IMG/VR virus record: IMGVR_UViG_3300043470_000556
Span: 1-61,091 of that record
Source: a virus
Lineage: Duplodnaviria; Caudoviricetes
Strand: one strand, 5' to 3'
DNA: 61,091 nucleotides
Below the pieces are notes generated by a model. The model made no database searches. It saw only the letters and a program-made list of their open reading frames with translations, and had not been told where the DNA came from. Shown one piece after another: positions 1 through 11,758 of this stretch. Both the position numbers and the translations under genes were made by a program. Position 1 is the stretch's first letter. The number at the start of each line of letters is the position of its first letter.

Positions 1-2
1 GC

Positions 3-2651
3 CTGTATTGTTGCACCAGAAAAAGTTCCGCCATAATTTCCTGAGAATCCTCTGGAATAATTGCCTGAATAATTTGCTGGTCCATTATATATACCTGCAT
101 AATTTCTAGATCCACTGTAGTTACCACTAAAGGTTCCGCCACCAGCATACTCGCCTTGGTAGTTTCTTGAACCAGCATATGGCGCAAGACCAGAGAAGAA
201 TCCTAGGTAGTTGCCAGAATATTGTCTAGAACCAGCATATGGAGCGACACCAGAGAAGAATCCTAGGTAGTTGCCAGAATAGGTTCTAGAACCAGCATAA
301 AATCCACCGTCACCATAAGTTCCTTCATAGTTGCCAGAATATACTCTAGATCCAGAGAAGTTTCTGCTGTATGTTCCTTCATAGTTACCAGAGAAATTAT
401 CTGTGTAATTACCAGAATAGGTTCTAGAACCAGAGAAGTTTCTGCTGTATGTTCCTTCATAGTTACCAGAGAAATTATCTGTGTAATTGCCGGAATATTG
501 TCTAGACCCAGAGAAGTTCTGCGTATATGCGCCATCATAGTTGCCGCTGAAATATCCTAGGTAGGTACCAGAATAGGTTCTAGAACCAGAGAAGTTTCTG
601 CTGTATGTTCCATCATAATTACCGCTGAAGTTTCCTAGATAATTGCCAGAATAGACTCTAGAACCAGAGAAAAATCCAGTGTATGTTCCTTGGTAGTTAC
701 CGCTGAACCCTTGGGCATAAGCACCACTGTAGACCCTAGAACCAGCATACGCACCACTGTAGACTCTAGAACCAGCGAAGTTTTCTCCTGGTGCACTGAA
801 ATTGCTACTGTAAAATGCAGGGATGAATCTTGGTCCAGGTCCTCCTCCAGGTCCAGGTCCACCACCGCCACCACCCACATAGTTACCTGCTGTATAGTAT
901 CCAGTGTAATTTGCTGGACCCAAAAAGTACGGCGTGACCCACTCAATTGTTGTTTCTATTGGACCAAATTCGTAAAGGTAGTTGATTTCTGAGTATGGTG
1001 TACCAGCGTATTGCGCAGTTCCAGCATAGGTTCCGGCATATGGTTCTGCCGTAAAGAATCCAGTATATGGTGGACCTGGAGGTCCAACATAGTTACCAGA
1101 ATAGGTTCTAGAACCAAGGTAGTTACCAGAGTAAGTTCTAGAACCAGAGAAAAATCCAGTGTATGTTCCTAAGTAGTTTCCGCTGAATCCTTGAGCATAG
1201 TTGCCAGAATAGGTTCTAGAACCAGAGAAGTTTCTGCTGTATGTTCCTTCATAGTTACCTGTAAAACTACCCAGATAATTGCCGGAATATACTCTAGATC
1301 CAGAGAAGTTCTGTGTATATGTTCCACCATAGGTTCCAGTGAAATATCCTAGGTAGTTACCAGAGTAAGTTCTAGATCCAGAGAAGTTTCCAGTGTATGT
1401 TCCTAGATAGTTACCTGTAAAGTTACCAAGATAATTACCAGAGTAAGTTCTAGAACCAGAGAAGTTTCCAGTGTATGTTCCTAGATAGTTACCTGTAAAG
1501 TTACCCAGATAATTACCAGAGTAAGTTCTTGATCCTTCATAGTTACCTGTGAAGTTTCCACTACCAGCATAGTTACCAGAATAGACTCTGGATCCAGCAA
1601 AGTTATTTGAGAAAGTAGCAAAACCCATGTAACCATCAGGTAAGAATCTACTATAGGTTCTAGATCCAGCAAAGTTATTTGAGAAAGTAGCAAAACCCAT
1701 GTAACCATCAGGTAAGAATCTACTATAGGTTCTTGAACCAGAATAATTTACAATTCCGCCATAGGTTCCTGAATAGTTACCCTGATAGTTTCTAGAACCC
1801 TCGAAATTTCCTGTACCTAAAAAGGTACCAGAAAAGAAACCAGTGTAATTGCCGCTGAAGTTTCCTACATAGTTTTGTGGTGAAACTTGTTCACGAGTAT
1901 CAGTGAATGTGTTGCCTGTTTGAATCCAAGTGCCGCCACTAGTGGGCGCATCCGTTTGGATTTTATATGTTCCGATACCAGTTTCAATAATTCTATTTCT
2001 GAAGACAGGAAGCATCTGTTCAATTTCTGCTTCGGTCATCTGCTTGCAGTTACCACCATTAAATATTCTTAGTGGTGTGTAATCTACTGTTGGTGCTGAA
2101 GATGCGACTGTTTTCTGCCACAGATATGTTACAGTGTTTCCACCTTGCGCTGTATCTGTTAGTGTGTATCTTGCGACCCAAGTTCCACCTGATGGAGCAG
2201 TTGCTTGTAGTTTGTATTGACCTGCAGTATACGACGATTCTGCGACCATCGCCTCAACGCAGAGATCCATCGTGTCATCAATATCACCGTCTGTCATTTC
2301 TTCCAGACGAGAATCCCATGCTAATGGTCTGTTGGTAATGTTTTCAGTCGCCGCAGCAGTAACCTGCTTCACATAATATGTTGTAGTGGAAGTAGCACCA
2401 GTAGCAGGATGCGTTCCGATAGATTCGTTTCTTGTCGTATCGACAAACGTACCGATCGACGTTCCTGCGCCTGAGTTATTTGTCGTGATGTTTATTTCAG
2501 CAGTACCAGTACCATCTGTTACTGCAGCAAATTTTTCTGTGATAACATTGGCAATATAATTTTTTACCTCTGCATCGGTCATGGTCTGCAACCCGCTGAT
2601 GTTTGCAGAAGTGATTGGGGACCCTGTTGCCTTGACCTTTAGAGGATTCAT
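3..2651 (-). CDS. Fibre-like virion protein with [YF]-x-G-x repeats (partial, runs off the window's left edge)
   Basis: Not in the ORF track because it has no stop in the window. ATG is at 2651, just after the stop of the 2653-3135 gene. Manual translation is open: MNPLKVKATGSPITSANISG..., then about 600 aa dominated by GSRTYSGNYLGNFTGNYLGTYTGNFS-type units, ending ...GTFSGATIQ. It lies at the distal end of the baseplate operon. Confidence 0.8.
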   Translation of the reverse strand, partial: MNPLKVKATGSPITSANISGLQTMTDAEVKNYIANVITEKFAAVTDGTGTAEINITTNNSGAGTSIGTFVDTTRNESIGTHPATGATSTTTYYVKQVTAAATENITNRPLAWDSRLEEMTDGDIDDTMDLCVEAMVAESSYTAGQYKLQATAPSGGTWVARYTLTDTAQGGNTVTYLWQKTVASSAPTVDYTPLRIFNGGNCKQMTEAEIEQMLPVFRNRIIETGIGTYKIQTDAPTSGGTWIQTGNTFTDTREQVSPQNYVGNFSGNYTGFFSGTFLGTGNFEGSRNYQGNYSGTYGGIVNYSGSRTYSRFLPDGYMGFATFSNNFAGSRTYSRFLPDGYMGFATFSNNFAGSRVYSGNYAGSGNFTGNYEGSRTYSGNYLGNFTGNYLGTYTGNFSGSRTYSGNYLGNFTGNYLGTYTGNFSGSRTYSGNYLGYFTGTYGGTYTQNFSGSRVYSGNYLGSFTGNYEGTYSRNFSGSRTYSGNYAQGFSGNYLGTYTGFFSGSRTYSGNYLGSRTYSGNYVGPPGPPYTGFFTAEPYAGTYAGTAQYAGTPYSEINYLYEFGPIETTIEWVTPYFLGPANYTGYYTAGNYVGGGGGGPGPGGGPGPRFIPAFYSSNFSAPGENFAGSRVYSGAYAGSRVYSGAYAQGFSGNYQGTYTGFFSGSRVYSGNYLGNFSGNYDGTYSRNFSGSRTYSGTYLGYFSGNYDGAYTQNFSGSRQYSGNYTDNFSGNYEGTYSRNFSGSRTYSGNYTDNFSGNYEGTYSRNFSGSRVYSGNYEGTYGDGGFYAGSRTYSGNYLGFFSGVAPYAGSRQYSGNYLGFFSGLAPYAGSRNYQGEYAGGGTFSGNYSGSRNYAGIYNGPANYSGNYSRGFSGNYGGTFSGATIQ
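30..1880 (-). repeat. Degenerate coding repeats (12-nt tetrapeptide period; 78-nt and 72-nt higher-order units)
   Basis: 'tctagaaccagagaag' and 'tagttaccag' recur. Spacing is 78 nt (e.g. 1371 vs 1449), and there is a near-exact 72-nt tandem duplication at about 1591-1733. Confidence 0.9.
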
Positions 2652-2652
2652 T

Positions 2653-3135
2653 TTAGTTTAACCTGTTACCACTCGAGTCATATACAATTAAACTTGTTAC
2701 GCGATACCAATCTACAGCATCTTGTGCAACAAATTCAACAGACGAATATGGTGACAAATTGACACCAACATTGACAGTTCCACCGTCAATAACATCTGAA
2801 GTATCTGGATACACAACAATGGTAACTGCTGTAGTATTAATAACCTTGATGGTCAAACCTGCAGCAGCAGTAGGAAGTTTTACACCCTGATTTGCTGTTG
2901 CTGTTGTGATCATGTTGAGAGTTTTTGTCAGCGCAGTTGCAGTACCTTGGGTAGTTCCCGCTGCTGCAACTGTGCCTGCAACCGATTTAGTTAGACTCCC
3001 AGTAAGTGCTAAATCTGCAAAGGAAGGACTTGATCCAGACTCATACTTATCATTATCCAAATTGCTGAAGTTAGTATCAACTTCAGTATTCGTCAGCGGA
3101 GTCCCCTTTACAGATCTAAGGGTAAGTGTGCTCAT
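2653..3135 (-). CDS. Phage structural/tail-fibre-associated protein
   Basis: The N-terminal motif LTLRSVKGTPLTNTEVDTNF is typical of T4-like fibre/baseplate attachment domains, and the gene sits in the structural operon. Confidence 0.6.
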   Translation of the reverse strand: MSTLTLRSVKGTPLTNTEVDTNFSNLDNDKYESGSSPSFADLALTGSLTKSVAGTVAAAGTTQGTATALTKTLNMITTATANQGVKLPTAAAGLTIKVINTTAVTIVVYPDTSDVIDGGTVNVGVNLSPYSSVEFVAQDAVDWYRVTSLIVYDSSGNRLN

Positions 3136-3146
3136 GCTTTATATCC

Positions 3147-3356
3147 TTATTTCTGTAGTATTTGTGTTAGTAAGTTTTTAATCTCAATCATTTCATTCTT
3201 AAGATTATTTATATCGTCTCCATATGATTCAATTTGCTTCATATGTTGTTTACGAGACTTATATGCCTTTAGAGCAGGCAGGTCATTCGAAAGTATTGCC
3301 TTCGAATGACCATCACGTTCATACTTTGTAGTATCAGTTAGTTTAATTCTTGTCAT
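3147..3356 (-). CDS. Small coiled-coil hypothetical phage protein
   Basis: Probable start is MTRIKL at 3356, coupled to the upstream stop. The C-terminus DINNLKNEMIEIKNLL looks like a coiled coil. Confidence 0.7.
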   Translation of the reverse strand: MTRIKLTDTTKYERDGHSKAILSNDLPALKAYKSRKQHMKQIESYGDDINNLKNEMIEIKNLLTQILQK

Positions 3357-3357
3357 A

Positions 3358-6300
3358 TTACACCTGCAACGCAATCGCTCTAAGTTCTCTTACTAATGGA
3401 ACTACAGAACTATTTGTTGATGATGGAATAACCTTCACTGCGAAATTTTTATAACCACTATAAGTTACACTTCCTGCAGTATATTCAAGAACTCCAGCAT
3501 TTTTATTTGCTGTTGGGATAGTATACTGGTATTCAACAAAACCAGATTTTCCAGTGCTGACTATAGGTGTTTGCGCAAGTTCTAATTGAATCCATTCTAA
3601 GTCATCAAAATTACTAGGGTCGGTCGCATTCTGGAATCTACCATATACTCTAACATCACAACCAGCAGGAATCTGATTGCTCAGATATACTCGGAGATCT
3701 TCGGCATCTTGACCATCGTCAAGAATAACACGACGGGAAATATACTTCGATGCTGCAGTTCCGTTGTTTCCATCTTCGCCAGAAATATCATCTGGTCCAT
3801 TAATGTCATTGGCAATAGCGATCATTGAACATTTTCTAGTATCGATCACAGGAGAAACAGTTGACGTTTGTGTCACCATACCTGCTCTTATACTTAGTGA
3901 TTTATCTCCGCCCAAGTTTGCTTGCTCATTTGAGTAAGAATATACTTGCGCTTCATATGTTAATGCATGTTCTTGTCCAAAGTTAAACCCTTCATATGAA
4001 TCTCCACCAGCACTCGCACCAGTAGCAGTTGGTGCTACAGACCAAGAAACTACCGCAGGAGTATGATCAATAAACCCGACATTAGTTTCCACAACATTAA
4101 GTTGTTTATTTTCGACTTCTACAATTTCAGCATAAGTCGTGCCATTCCCAATAATATCAGTAGCAGTGAATCTACCACCCCTTACTAAGATTTTACCGAC
4201 ATTATACAGAGAATCATACTGCTTCACGAATCCTCTATTCAGAGTTACCGCAACTGCCGCATCAGAACCGCTACCACTTGAAATAGTTAGTGACGGATTA
4301 CTCGTGTATCCTGTTCCTGGATTTGTAACCACAACATCTGTTACTGCTCCGCCTGCAATTGTTACTAGAACAGTCGCACCAGAACCACCACCTCCTGATA
4401 GAGAAAGTGGTATATCTCCATCCGTATACCCAGAACCTGCGTTTGTAATTGCAAACGAGAATCCATGGATTGCATCTCCTGGTTCAAAATTTCCATTTGT
4501 GAACGAGTTAAACTTCAAGAAGTCAACATCCATATTTTTCATTTCAATCAAACCGACTGTATTAATATCGAAGTCTGCGCGACGTAAAGTAAACTTAATA
4601 TCTTCTGCTTGCCACGCTGTCCACGATCTATCATTGGCAGATGTAAATAGCAGACCAATATGTGGTTGTTCAGAAATTCTATTTTCAGTACCAAGTTCGT
4701 TTGCGCCCAATTCAGAAACCCAAATATTATAATCTGGATTATTGCCTGCAGGAAGAAGAACAAAACAGTACTCTGTGTTGTTTTGCAGGTATACTGGCGA
4801 CGGGAACACAAAAGTTGTTGCCGCAGTTGCATCTTCACTGACTGTAATATCAGCAGGATTCAACGTGACTTCACCGAATGGAATAACTTTATTTCCTGGG
4901 TATCCATTTACCACTTCACGTAATTGGAGAGTGATTGGCGCAGTAGATGATTTGGTTCTGAAATATATGTCAAGGTTAGTGACATAACAACCAAATGGCA
5001 TACCTTCAACATAGAATGTCTGCGCGATAGGATCTCGATAGTTCCTGCCTCCTCTCTGACAGGAAACAGGAATTGATGATGTGCAGATCGGTCCTTCTTC
5101 TTCAGTTATTGTTTCAAGTCTTATGTTGTCCTGCCCCCCAAACCCATTAGGGCCTCTGAGTACTCGCTCGCCGCCGCCTTCTCTACAGATTGTTACTGGT
5201 GCACATGGATCTGGTTGAGGAGTATCTTCGGGTACGATTACATCTGGAGCAGGAGTCGGTGCTGGTGTTGGTGCTGGCGTCGGAGCAGGTGTCGGAGCAG
5301 GAGTCGGTGCTGGTGTTGGTGCTGGCGTCGGAGCAGGTGTCGGAGCAGGTGTCGGAGCAGGAGTCGGTGCTGGTGTTGGAGCAGGAGTCGGTGCAGGCGT
5401 AGGTGTCGGAGATGGTGCTGGCGTAGGTGCTGGTGTCGGAGCTGGCGTAGGTGCTGGTGTCGGAGCAGGTGTAGGTGCTGGCGTCGGAGCAGGTGTCGGT
5501 GCAGGCGTCGGAGCAGGAGTTGGCGCTGGTGTTGGCGCTGGCGTTGGAGCAGGTGTAGGTGTTACAACAATTGTTGTATACTCATTGAAAACATTAGTAA
5601 CTTCTGTATTGTTTACTGTTGTGTTGTTTGTTACTGTGTTATCAATATTCGTAGTGTTGTTGATCGTAGTATAGGTGTTGTTGATATTAGTTTGAACGAC
5701 ACCAACATTTCTATCTGCCAATCTATTTTCTGTTGTAGATGTTTCGAATACTGATCTCGAATCAGAAACAGAACCAACTGCTACATTAGCAACGCGAGTT
5801 GATACGACTGTATCTTGGACAGATTGTGACAATCCATTTGCTGACCATGTTTGCATCGCCGCAGTTGTTACAAATGGTTCGCGGTTAAATGGATCATCGC
5901 AGAGGCGGAAATTCTTATCGCCTGTGCGGAATGTTGCCGCCGGAATTCTAAATTGTCCCACACAAACACCTTGAGCATCTGTGATCAGGGAATCACCATA
6001 ATTACCATCGACATACGATGAATATGCCGCAGGATCGACAGGTGCAAGGTCTGTTGCTGGATCAAAATTCAGCGGCCTACAGTGCGGAGTGACACCAACA
6101 CCATCAAAGAACGGGAATACTCGAGTATTAGGTTTCAGTCTTTTTGCGATGAACGTCACCACAACTGAACGCATAAACGGAATAATCGAAGTATCCGTTA
6201 CACGAGAACCAATTCTTTGGGATTGTGTTTCAGGAGTTACTGTTATAGAAACGCCCTGACGAGTTTGGCGCTGCTCTGTTGTAGTAGTAACAACTTGTGA

Positions 6301-9300
6301 CTGCTCTTGGAAAAGCGTATCACCACTTATTGTTGCATTACCAGCAACAGTTTGCACAGTTTGACCAACTGTGCTTCTCCCAGTTACGACATCTTGCCAA
6401 TCACCCCACTGAGTTCCCCACGCATCTGCCATGTTTTCCCAAGCATCATAATTTCCGTCGAAGTTTACGCTTACATCTGGTTTGATTGCGGTATCCGTCC
6501 AGTTATCGACTGGCGGATCTAGTTCCATATTTCCGATGTAGTTAAAGAGTAACTCTCCAACACAATTTCTTGGTTTAGAGGCAGATGGATTTTTAGTCAG
6601 TTCAATGTTCACATATGGAAGAGTGAGCAAGTCGCCTGTCTGATATACGTTCGTTGAGTTAGCATAGTCAAATGCCATATCGATATTTTCTAGATGGAAG
6701 AAAGGACGCATCTCTTTCTTTACTGGATCAATCGAAATATGATATGCGCTGTCGAAAACGTTACCGACATTATGCCCAGTAAACGCATCAACTAGGATAC
6801 CGTTTTTAAATCTGTCGAGTCCTGCGCCGTCAGGAATAGACAAATCGCTTGCTGCTTTCTCGAGCAGAGATAGTGAAGTATAATACTCAAGACGATTGAT
6901 ACGTTGTTCGAGAACACCAATATCGCGCATAGTATAACGACGGTTATCAATGCTGCGGAATGTTACACCATAGTCAGGGCGATTAACAGTCTTCGCGACA
7001 TTTGGAGCAAGCGATGGATATGGCGGAATTGTTATAATTGCCAACGACATCGCATTTTCAGGTTCAGCAGGGATACCAGGATTCAGTGATGGCGTACCAT
7101 ATATGGTACTGAACACACCTTCTGAGTCGATAATAAGTCTATCTGTTCTTCCAAGATAATACTCGAGATCAGTAATAAACTGTTCGGTTGGAACTGGATT
7201 TGTAATACCAACAGAAGGAGCAGATAACGTCGTGCTCTCGGTCGGGTTGGTTGTCGCAGTTCCTAGTGCTGCGGAGTTTGCTGCAGAATCTGCATAACGA
7301 ACACGGAAATCTAGTGTGTCGCGCAAGTCATACGTTTCACCAGTGAGAGGTGATTTGTAAACTGGAATGTCTTGAGTTTTGATTTTCCCTGCAGTCGCTC
7401 CAGTATCATCAATTGGATACGAATCAACTACAAAGAAATTACCATCTGCAGAAGCACCATCGTGTGTGAAGTAATCAAGTTTAATTACCAACTTCTTATT
7501 CGTAAGTGACGGTGCACTAGGTTTCTTCGTAATCTTAGCATTACGATACTCGTTATCTCGTTGACCATTATCAAGAGTAAACGATGAAGCAATGTCTACG
7601 CCAGCAGCAACTACTGCAGCATCAGTATCAGTATCAGCGCCAATGAAGATATTTTTAATTTGATAGACGTCTGAGAGACCAAGAGAATACACACCACCAT
7701 TAGTTAGCGGGTGGGTATTCGTATTGATGATCACGTAACGATCTTCACGAAGAACTTTGAGAATAGGATTGGCGTTTCCTACTTGAACATTCACATATAG
7801 TTTGACTTGCGTAGGAGCAGATGAAACTGCACCAGCAAGATCAATAGTTATGGATGTTGATGAGTTCTTAGTAAATACTGCACCAGAAATATCTAAGACA
7901 GAACCAATTGGTCTAGCAACAGAATTTATTGTTTCTGCTTCTTTTAATACCAGTGTGAAATTATTTTTAATAATGGTTTCAGTAAACGAATCATACGGGA
8001 AAGATTCATCACCACTTAGAGTGATTGTTACTTGCCCGTTAACATTGAGTTCCCCATCGAATTCTTTAGTATAGATAAACGAGTTATCGTAGACTGCATT
8101 TGGTGCAATTGTTTTCGTGGCGCGAGCAGGAATTCTGTAGAGAGATTTATTAAAACTTGTTTCTCGGAGAACTGCATTACCGCCATCTAAAACAACATCG
8201 GCATGACCATCAGCAGTCGCATCGTTGTAAAATATACCACGCACATCTTTGAAATCGCCACTTGACATCGCAATGTCATAGAGATATAAACGATACTCTG
8301 CTGCAGCAGTTCCAACTGTTCCAGATTCATATACGATCTGTTTTACGCGAGCAGTACCAACTTGAGATCCTGCTGCGGTAGCAGCAGAGAATGTTCCATC
8401 AGTAACTGCGCCTTGTGCAACGCTGCGAAGACTAACTTTATCGCCAGTGTTTAAATCCCATAATCCGCAGAATTCTTTGACAAGGATATAGTTACCATAT
8501 GCAGTACTAATTGGTGCTTCTTGCACCGAAACTGTTGTAAGACCCTTTGGCACAACAACATATTCTGTTTGGAAAGTTTCATGTTCATAACCACGAACAT
8601 ATACCTTACCTGCCTCTAAACCAATAGCAAGAAGATCTTTGTTCCCACCACTTCCTGGATTAATAGTGTTTAGTTCTCGTAAACCATTATTGCCATCAAC
8701 ATTAAGATGCTCTTTGATCAGAACTGGAAATTGTCTTACTGCATAGTTGCCCGACTCATCATATGTGCGTCTCGCCATGTTTTTGCCGAGTTCGCCATAG
8801 ATATTTGCAGTATAAGTTCTTTGAATTTCACCATTGATAATATCGACCAATTGGTTAAACGTAGAAGGAATTGTGTCAGTCGGTTCATATGCGACAAGTG
8901 TGGTCGAAACTTGGTATCTATCTGCACCAGGAGCAGCATAGTTGAAAGATCCTTGTGCAGGATCCAATAAGGTTTGATCGTCTTCAGGAGAAACAGTATT
9001 TTCTACAATCTGGAATCCAACCTTCAGAGTTGGTCTTGAATCATATTTAGAAAGTATGATTGTTTGTGATGTATGATTGACGAATTTCCCGTCAATATAC
9101 ACGATACCATCATCCACAGTTAGAGCAGAAGAGAGACCCCAGTAACTGTTAATTGGATCTGCTTCATCAAATGTGTCATCGACAACAAACGTATCACCAT
9201 TTCTGCCCGACACTGTGGAAGATACTGTTAGAGTTTCTCCACCTGAAAAGTGAACCGCAGAAGAACCATCGCCGCTAGTATAACGAAGATACAAAGTTTT

Positions 9301-9657
9301 TAGATTTGGTAGTTCTGCTTCAGTGCCTGTTGCAACATCAAGAATAACTGCAGTCATACCTGATGTGTTTGTTACGGTATCGCCAATATATGTCGATAAG
9401 GTGTCATTATCTACATCTGCATCTGCAATTTTGATGAATGCTCTTTGTGAATCAAGTTTGAATTCACAACCTTGAACGACTGTACCATTCTTGAAAATAT
9501 GGTTTCCGAATTTACCAATTTGGGATTGCAACAGAGTCTGTAGTTGCGTAAGTTCGCGTGCCTGTACTGCATATCCAGGTCTGAACAGAACTCGATTGAA
9601 ATTTTTAGTATCATCAAAGTCATCATAGTATGGAGATACATTTAAATTCAGTGCCAT
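3358..9657 (-). CDS. Large virion structural protein (DUF4815/VrlC-like)
   Basis: The start [11 protein letters not shown]...[18 protein letters not shown], internal [24 protein letters not shown]...RFKNG..VD.F and DPIAQTF, and the end [11 protein letters not shown] are hallmarks of this T4-like family. Confidence 0.85.
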   Translation of the reverse strand: MALNLNVSPYYDDFDDTKNFNRVLFRPGYAVQARELTQLQTLLQSQIGKFGNHIFKNGTVVQGCEFKLDSQRAFIKIADADVDNDTLSTYIGDTVTNTSGMTAVILDVATGTEAELPNLKTLYLRYTSGDGSSAVHFSGGETLTVSSTVSGRNGDTFVVDDTFDEADPINSYWGLSSALTVDDGIVYIDGKFVNHTSQTIILSKYDSRPTLKVGFQIVENTVSPEDDQTLLDPAQGSFNYAAPGADRYQVSTTLVAYEPTDTIPSTFNQLVDIINGEIQRTYTANIYGELGKNMARRTYDESGNYAVRQFPVLIKEHLNVDGNNGLRELNTINPGSGGNKDLLAIGLEAGKVYVRGYEHETFQTEYVVVPKGLTTVSVQEAPISTAYGNYILVKEFCGLWDLNTGDKVSLRSVAQGAVTDGTFSAATAAGSQVGTARVKQIVYESGTVGTAAAEYRLYLYDIAMSSGDFKDVRGIFYNDATADGHADVVLDGGNAVLRETSFNKSLYRIPARATKTIAPNAVYDNSFIYTKEFDGELNVNGQVTITLSGDESFPYDSFTETIIKNNFTLVLKEAETINSVARPIGSVLDISGAVFTKNSSTSITIDLAGAVSSAPTQVKLYVNVQVGNANPILKVLREDRYVIINTNTHPLTNGGVYSLGLSDVYQIKNIFIGADTDTDAAVVAAGVDIASSFTLDNGQRDNEYRNAKITKKPSAPSLTNKKLVIKLDYFTHDGASADGNFFVVDSYPIDDTGATAGKIKTQDIPVYKSPLTGETYDLRDTLDFRVRYADSAANSAALGTATTNPTESTTLSAPSVGITNPVPTEQFITDLEYYLGRTDRLIIDSEGVFSTIYGTPSLNPGIPAEPENAMSLAIITIPPYPSLAPNVAKTVNRPDYGVTFRSIDNRRYTMRDIGVLEQRINRLEYYTSLSLLEKAASDLSIPDGAGLDRFKNGILVDAFTGHNVGNVFDSAYHISIDPVKKEMRPFFHLENIDMAFDYANSTNVYQTGDLLTLPYVNIELTKNPSASKPRNCVGELLFNYIGNMELDPPVDNWTDTAIKPDVSVNFDGNYDAWENMADAWGTQWGDWQDVVTGRSTVGQTVQTVAGNATISGDTLFQEQSQVVTTTTEQRQTRQGVSITVTPETQSQRIGSRVTDTSIIPFMRSVVVTFIAKRLKPNTRVFPFFDGVGVTPHCRPLNFDPATDLAPVDPAAYSSYVDGNYGDSLITDAQGVCVGQFRIPAATFRTGDKNFRLCDDPFNREPFVTTAAMQTWSANGLSQSVQDTVVSTRVANVAVGSVSDSRSVFETSTTENRLADRNVGVVQTNINNTYTTINNTTNIDNTVTNNTTVNNTEVTNVFNEYTTIVVTPTPAPTPAPTPAPTPAPTPAPTPAPTPAPTPAPTPAPTPAPTPAPTPAPSPTPTPAPTPAPTPAPTPAPTPAPTPAPTPAPTPAPTPAPTPAPTPAPTPAPTPAPDVIVPEDTPQPDPCAPVTICREGGGERVLRGPNGFGGQDNIRLETITEEEGPICTSSIPVSCQRGGRNYRDPIAQTFYVEGMPFGCYVTNLDIYFRTKSSTAPITLQLREVVNGYPGNKVIPFGEVTLNPADITVSEDATAATTFVFPSPVYLQNNTEYCFVLLPAGNNPDYNIWVSELGANELGTENRISEQPHIGLLFTSANDRSWTAWQAEDIKFTLRRADFDINTVGLIEMKNMDVDFLKFNSFTNGNFEPGDAIHGFSFAITNAGSGYTDGDIPLSLSGGGGSGATVLVTIAGGAVTDVVVTNPGTGYTSNPSLTISSGSGSDAAVAVTLNRGFVKQYDSLYNVGKILVRGGRFTATDIIGNGTTYAEIVEVENKQLNVVETNVGFIDHTPAVVSWSVAPTATGASAGGDSYEGFNFGQEHALTYEAQVYSYSNEQANLGGDKSLSIRAGMVTQTSTVSPVIDTRKCSMIAIANDINGPDDISGEDGNNGTAASKYISRRVILDDGQDAEDLRVYLSNQIPAGCDVRVYGRFQNATDPSNFDDLEWIQLELAQTPIVSTGKSGFVEYQYTIPTANKNAGVLEYTAGSVTYSGYKNFAVKVIPSSTNSSVVPLVRELRAIALQV
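5246..5563 (-). repeat. (Pro-Ala-Pro-Thr)n coding tandem repeat, about 26 units of 12 nt
   Basis: Visible in both the DNA (ggagcaggtgtc/ggtgctggtgtt variants) and the translation. Confidence 0.95.
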
Positions 9658-9671
9658 ATTTTATGTCTCTC

Positions 9672-11285
9672 TTAAAATTTTAGAATTGCTCTAATTTTTT
9701 CTATCTGGTCTTCTTGACGAACGATGAATTCTCTGTTATCCAGATATATAATTTCACCAGTGTTATTATTAATTTCCGGCGGTGTAAGACTATTTATAGT
9801 CAATCCAGATAACGACTGCGTTGTATTTGTAAGAATACTAGAAGATGTTATGATTGGAATAATAGGCAGAAGGTATATACTTTCTGTTGTTCCGTCATTA
9901 TTAGCATCAACTTTCTGGACTACAATGAATCTACCACCACTATCAGTTGTAACCACGTCATCCATGTTGTAACTAGAAGGCGATGACGTATTGATAACGT
10001 AACAGCAAGTTCCAGTAGATTCTTGGAAATTGTTATTGTTAATAAACCTTAATGGGTTTTTTATTACTCCGATTTGTCGGAAATCGTTATTGAGGAATAG
10101 ATCGGCAGAATCATTTGTGAGGTTTACCGAGAATCCCACATTGGTTGCAAACAACTCTTTTTGTGGATTCGACCCATGACCTGCTCTTGGTGAAATTACT
10201 GCAATAATTTCTGCGCCATTACCCTCAACACTACTAACTGATACTTCTGCAAATGTATATCCAGTTCCACGATTGGTGATAGTAACAGAGAGAATGGATC
10301 CATCGTCAGGATCGATATCCAAAATTGCTTCTGCTCCAGATCCATCACCAACAATATTTACTGCTGCGTCGCCATCAACGTAATCGATACCGCCTGAAAT
10401 AATTTCTAGTCTATCAACTGTTCCAGGAATTGCTGCGTTTTCTACATCTTCTTGCACTGTTCCAGATTCTGTGGCGCCCAAGGTTACCGATGCAGCAGCA
10501 CCAGAACCACCGCCCCCAGAGAACGTGATATATGCAAAACTATAACCTTCACCAGCATTATTTAAAGTGATGTTAGTAAGTTCGCCACCAGAAACAGATG
10601 CAGTCGCAAGTGCTCCGACCCCATCACCGTTGATAATTACAATCGGTGCAGTTTCATACGAAGATCCAGCATTAGTTATCGTAATGTCGTCAATTCTACC
10701 ATTGACATCGAATACAGGATCACCAGAACCTGCGATTTTTCTAACTGGAATATATTCTGGTGTTAAGAACTTAGTCTTATCCGACGCTTCAACCTTAAAC
10801 ATGAATTTCCAGATATAACCATCCTCAAGTTCGATCGAAGAGATTGAAGTTCCTGATGGTTGTACTATGCTTTCAGCACCATTGTTATTGGAAATACATT
10901 TATAGACATGATCATCAAGAGTCAGAACATAAAACTGTGAATTTTTTAATGATAGAGCACCACTGTATGCAGTAATCGCATTACCGTTTGAATCTAGTTC
11001 GCCATATTTGTCGTCATACTGATCATATACTGTACCTGATACCCAATTAATCCGTGGGATCATCAGAACCGTATCGCTTGACTGGATACGTTTTACGAAC
11101 AGCATGTTCCTGCTTGAGGTGTTTGCATACCGTGGTGAATCAACTGGAATTTCGGGTGATTCTTCATCATCCCATTCAGTTGTTCTGCCTACAAAGAAAT
11201 AGAAGAAGTCGTTCTCGTTGTAAATATCACGATAAAGACTTCTTGCTATTTCTGTGCGACCTGCTGATCGTAGAAGAAGTGCCAT
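9672..11285 (-). CDS. gp8: Baseplate wedge subunit gp8-like
   Basis: Motifs IPRINW.SGTVYD.YDD, FYVLT...VYKC..NN, DGYIWKFM, NDFRQIG.IKNP and GEIIYLDNR; synteny with gp6 and gp7. Confidence 0.85.
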   Translation of the reverse strand: MALLLRSAGRTEIARSLYRDIYNENDFFYFFVGRTTEWDDEESPEIPVDSPRYANTSSRNMLFVKRIQSSDTVLMIPRINWVSGTVYDQYDDKYGELDSNGNAITAYSGALSLKNSQFYVLTLDDHVYKCISNNNGAESIVQPSGTSISSIELEDGYIWKFMFKVEASDKTKFLTPEYIPVRKIAGSGDPVFDVNGRIDDITITNAGSSYETAPIVIINGDGVGALATASVSGGELTNITLNNAGEGYSFAYITFSGGGGSGAAASVTLGATESGTVQEDVENAAIPGTVDRLEIISGGIDYVDGDAAVNIVGDGSGAEAILDIDPDDGSILSVTITNRGTGYTFAEVSVSSVEGNGAEIIAVISPRAGHGSNPQKELFATNVGFSVNLTNDSADLFLNNDFRQIGVIKNPLRFINNNNFQESTGTCCYVINTSSPSSYNMDDVVTTDSGGRFIVVQKVDANNDGTTESIYLLPIIPIITSSSILTNTTQSLSGLTINSLTPPEINNNTGEIIYLDNREFIVRQEDQIEKIRAILKF

Positions 11286-11291
11286 TTTATA

Positions 11292-11741
11292 TTACGAGAT
11301 CGTTACCGTCCAAGTGATTGTCATGCTGTCTGACGCACCCTTGTTGATGACAGCAAATTCAGTGCGGCAAAGCATTGTTCCGCTGGTAAGAGCATTGAAG
11401 ATACCTGCTTCAGTAACAGCACCAGTGCCTGAACCTGCGCCAAACGTTGCAACATATTCAATTGCGTTTGCTGTTACAGTTGTTGAGGTAAGAGCAACAC
11501 GTGCACCTAGTGCGCTTTCAAGACCAGTATCGCCTGCTGCTGGGTTTGTTGTGCCTGCGCCAACTCCCATGTGTGACATAGCAGAAAGAGTTGTATCCTT
11601 CATGCGTGAAGCAATATACGCAAGACCAGTGTTGACAACAAGGTTAGGAACAGTTACTTCTTGCTTTACATTCCCTGTTGCGTCACGAAGAACGATGTTT
11701 AGTTCGCCCTTAGTACCTTTTACGTTTTCGATTAGTTTCAT
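11292..11741 (-). CDS. Tail-collar/fibre-associated small structural protein
   Basis: NLVVNTG...MGVG.G...DT.L...TEAGIFNA...MLCR..F..INK...ITWT pattern, typical of phage fibre-collar proteins. Confidence 0.65.
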   Translation of the reverse strand: MKLIENVKGTKGELNIVLRDATGNVKQEVTVPNLVVNTGLAYIASRMKDTTLSAMSHMGVGAGTTNPAAGDTGLESALGARVALTSTTVTANAIEYVATFGAGSGTGAVTEAGIFNALTSGTMLCRTEFAVINKGASDSMTITWTVTIS

Positions 11742-11758
11742 TTGAGTTTACCTTCTTC

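Noticed and set aside
30-1880. Repeats as a CRISPR array or DGR template/variable pair
   Set aside because: The repeats are in-frame coding units with no unique spacers. Differences are not adenine-specific, and no reverse transcriptase or cas operon is in the window.
3-1880. Ice-nucleation protein
   Set aside because: It lacks the AGYGSTxT octapeptide; the period is 4/26 rather than 8/16/48.
263-2338. Short track ORFs in the first 2.4 kb
   Set aside because: They are alternative-frame or antisense shadows of the long open frame at 2651-3.
5190-5754. Plus-strand Arg/Cys/Trp-rich and SEQ-rich ORFs
   Set aside because: Antisense translations of the PAPT repeat.
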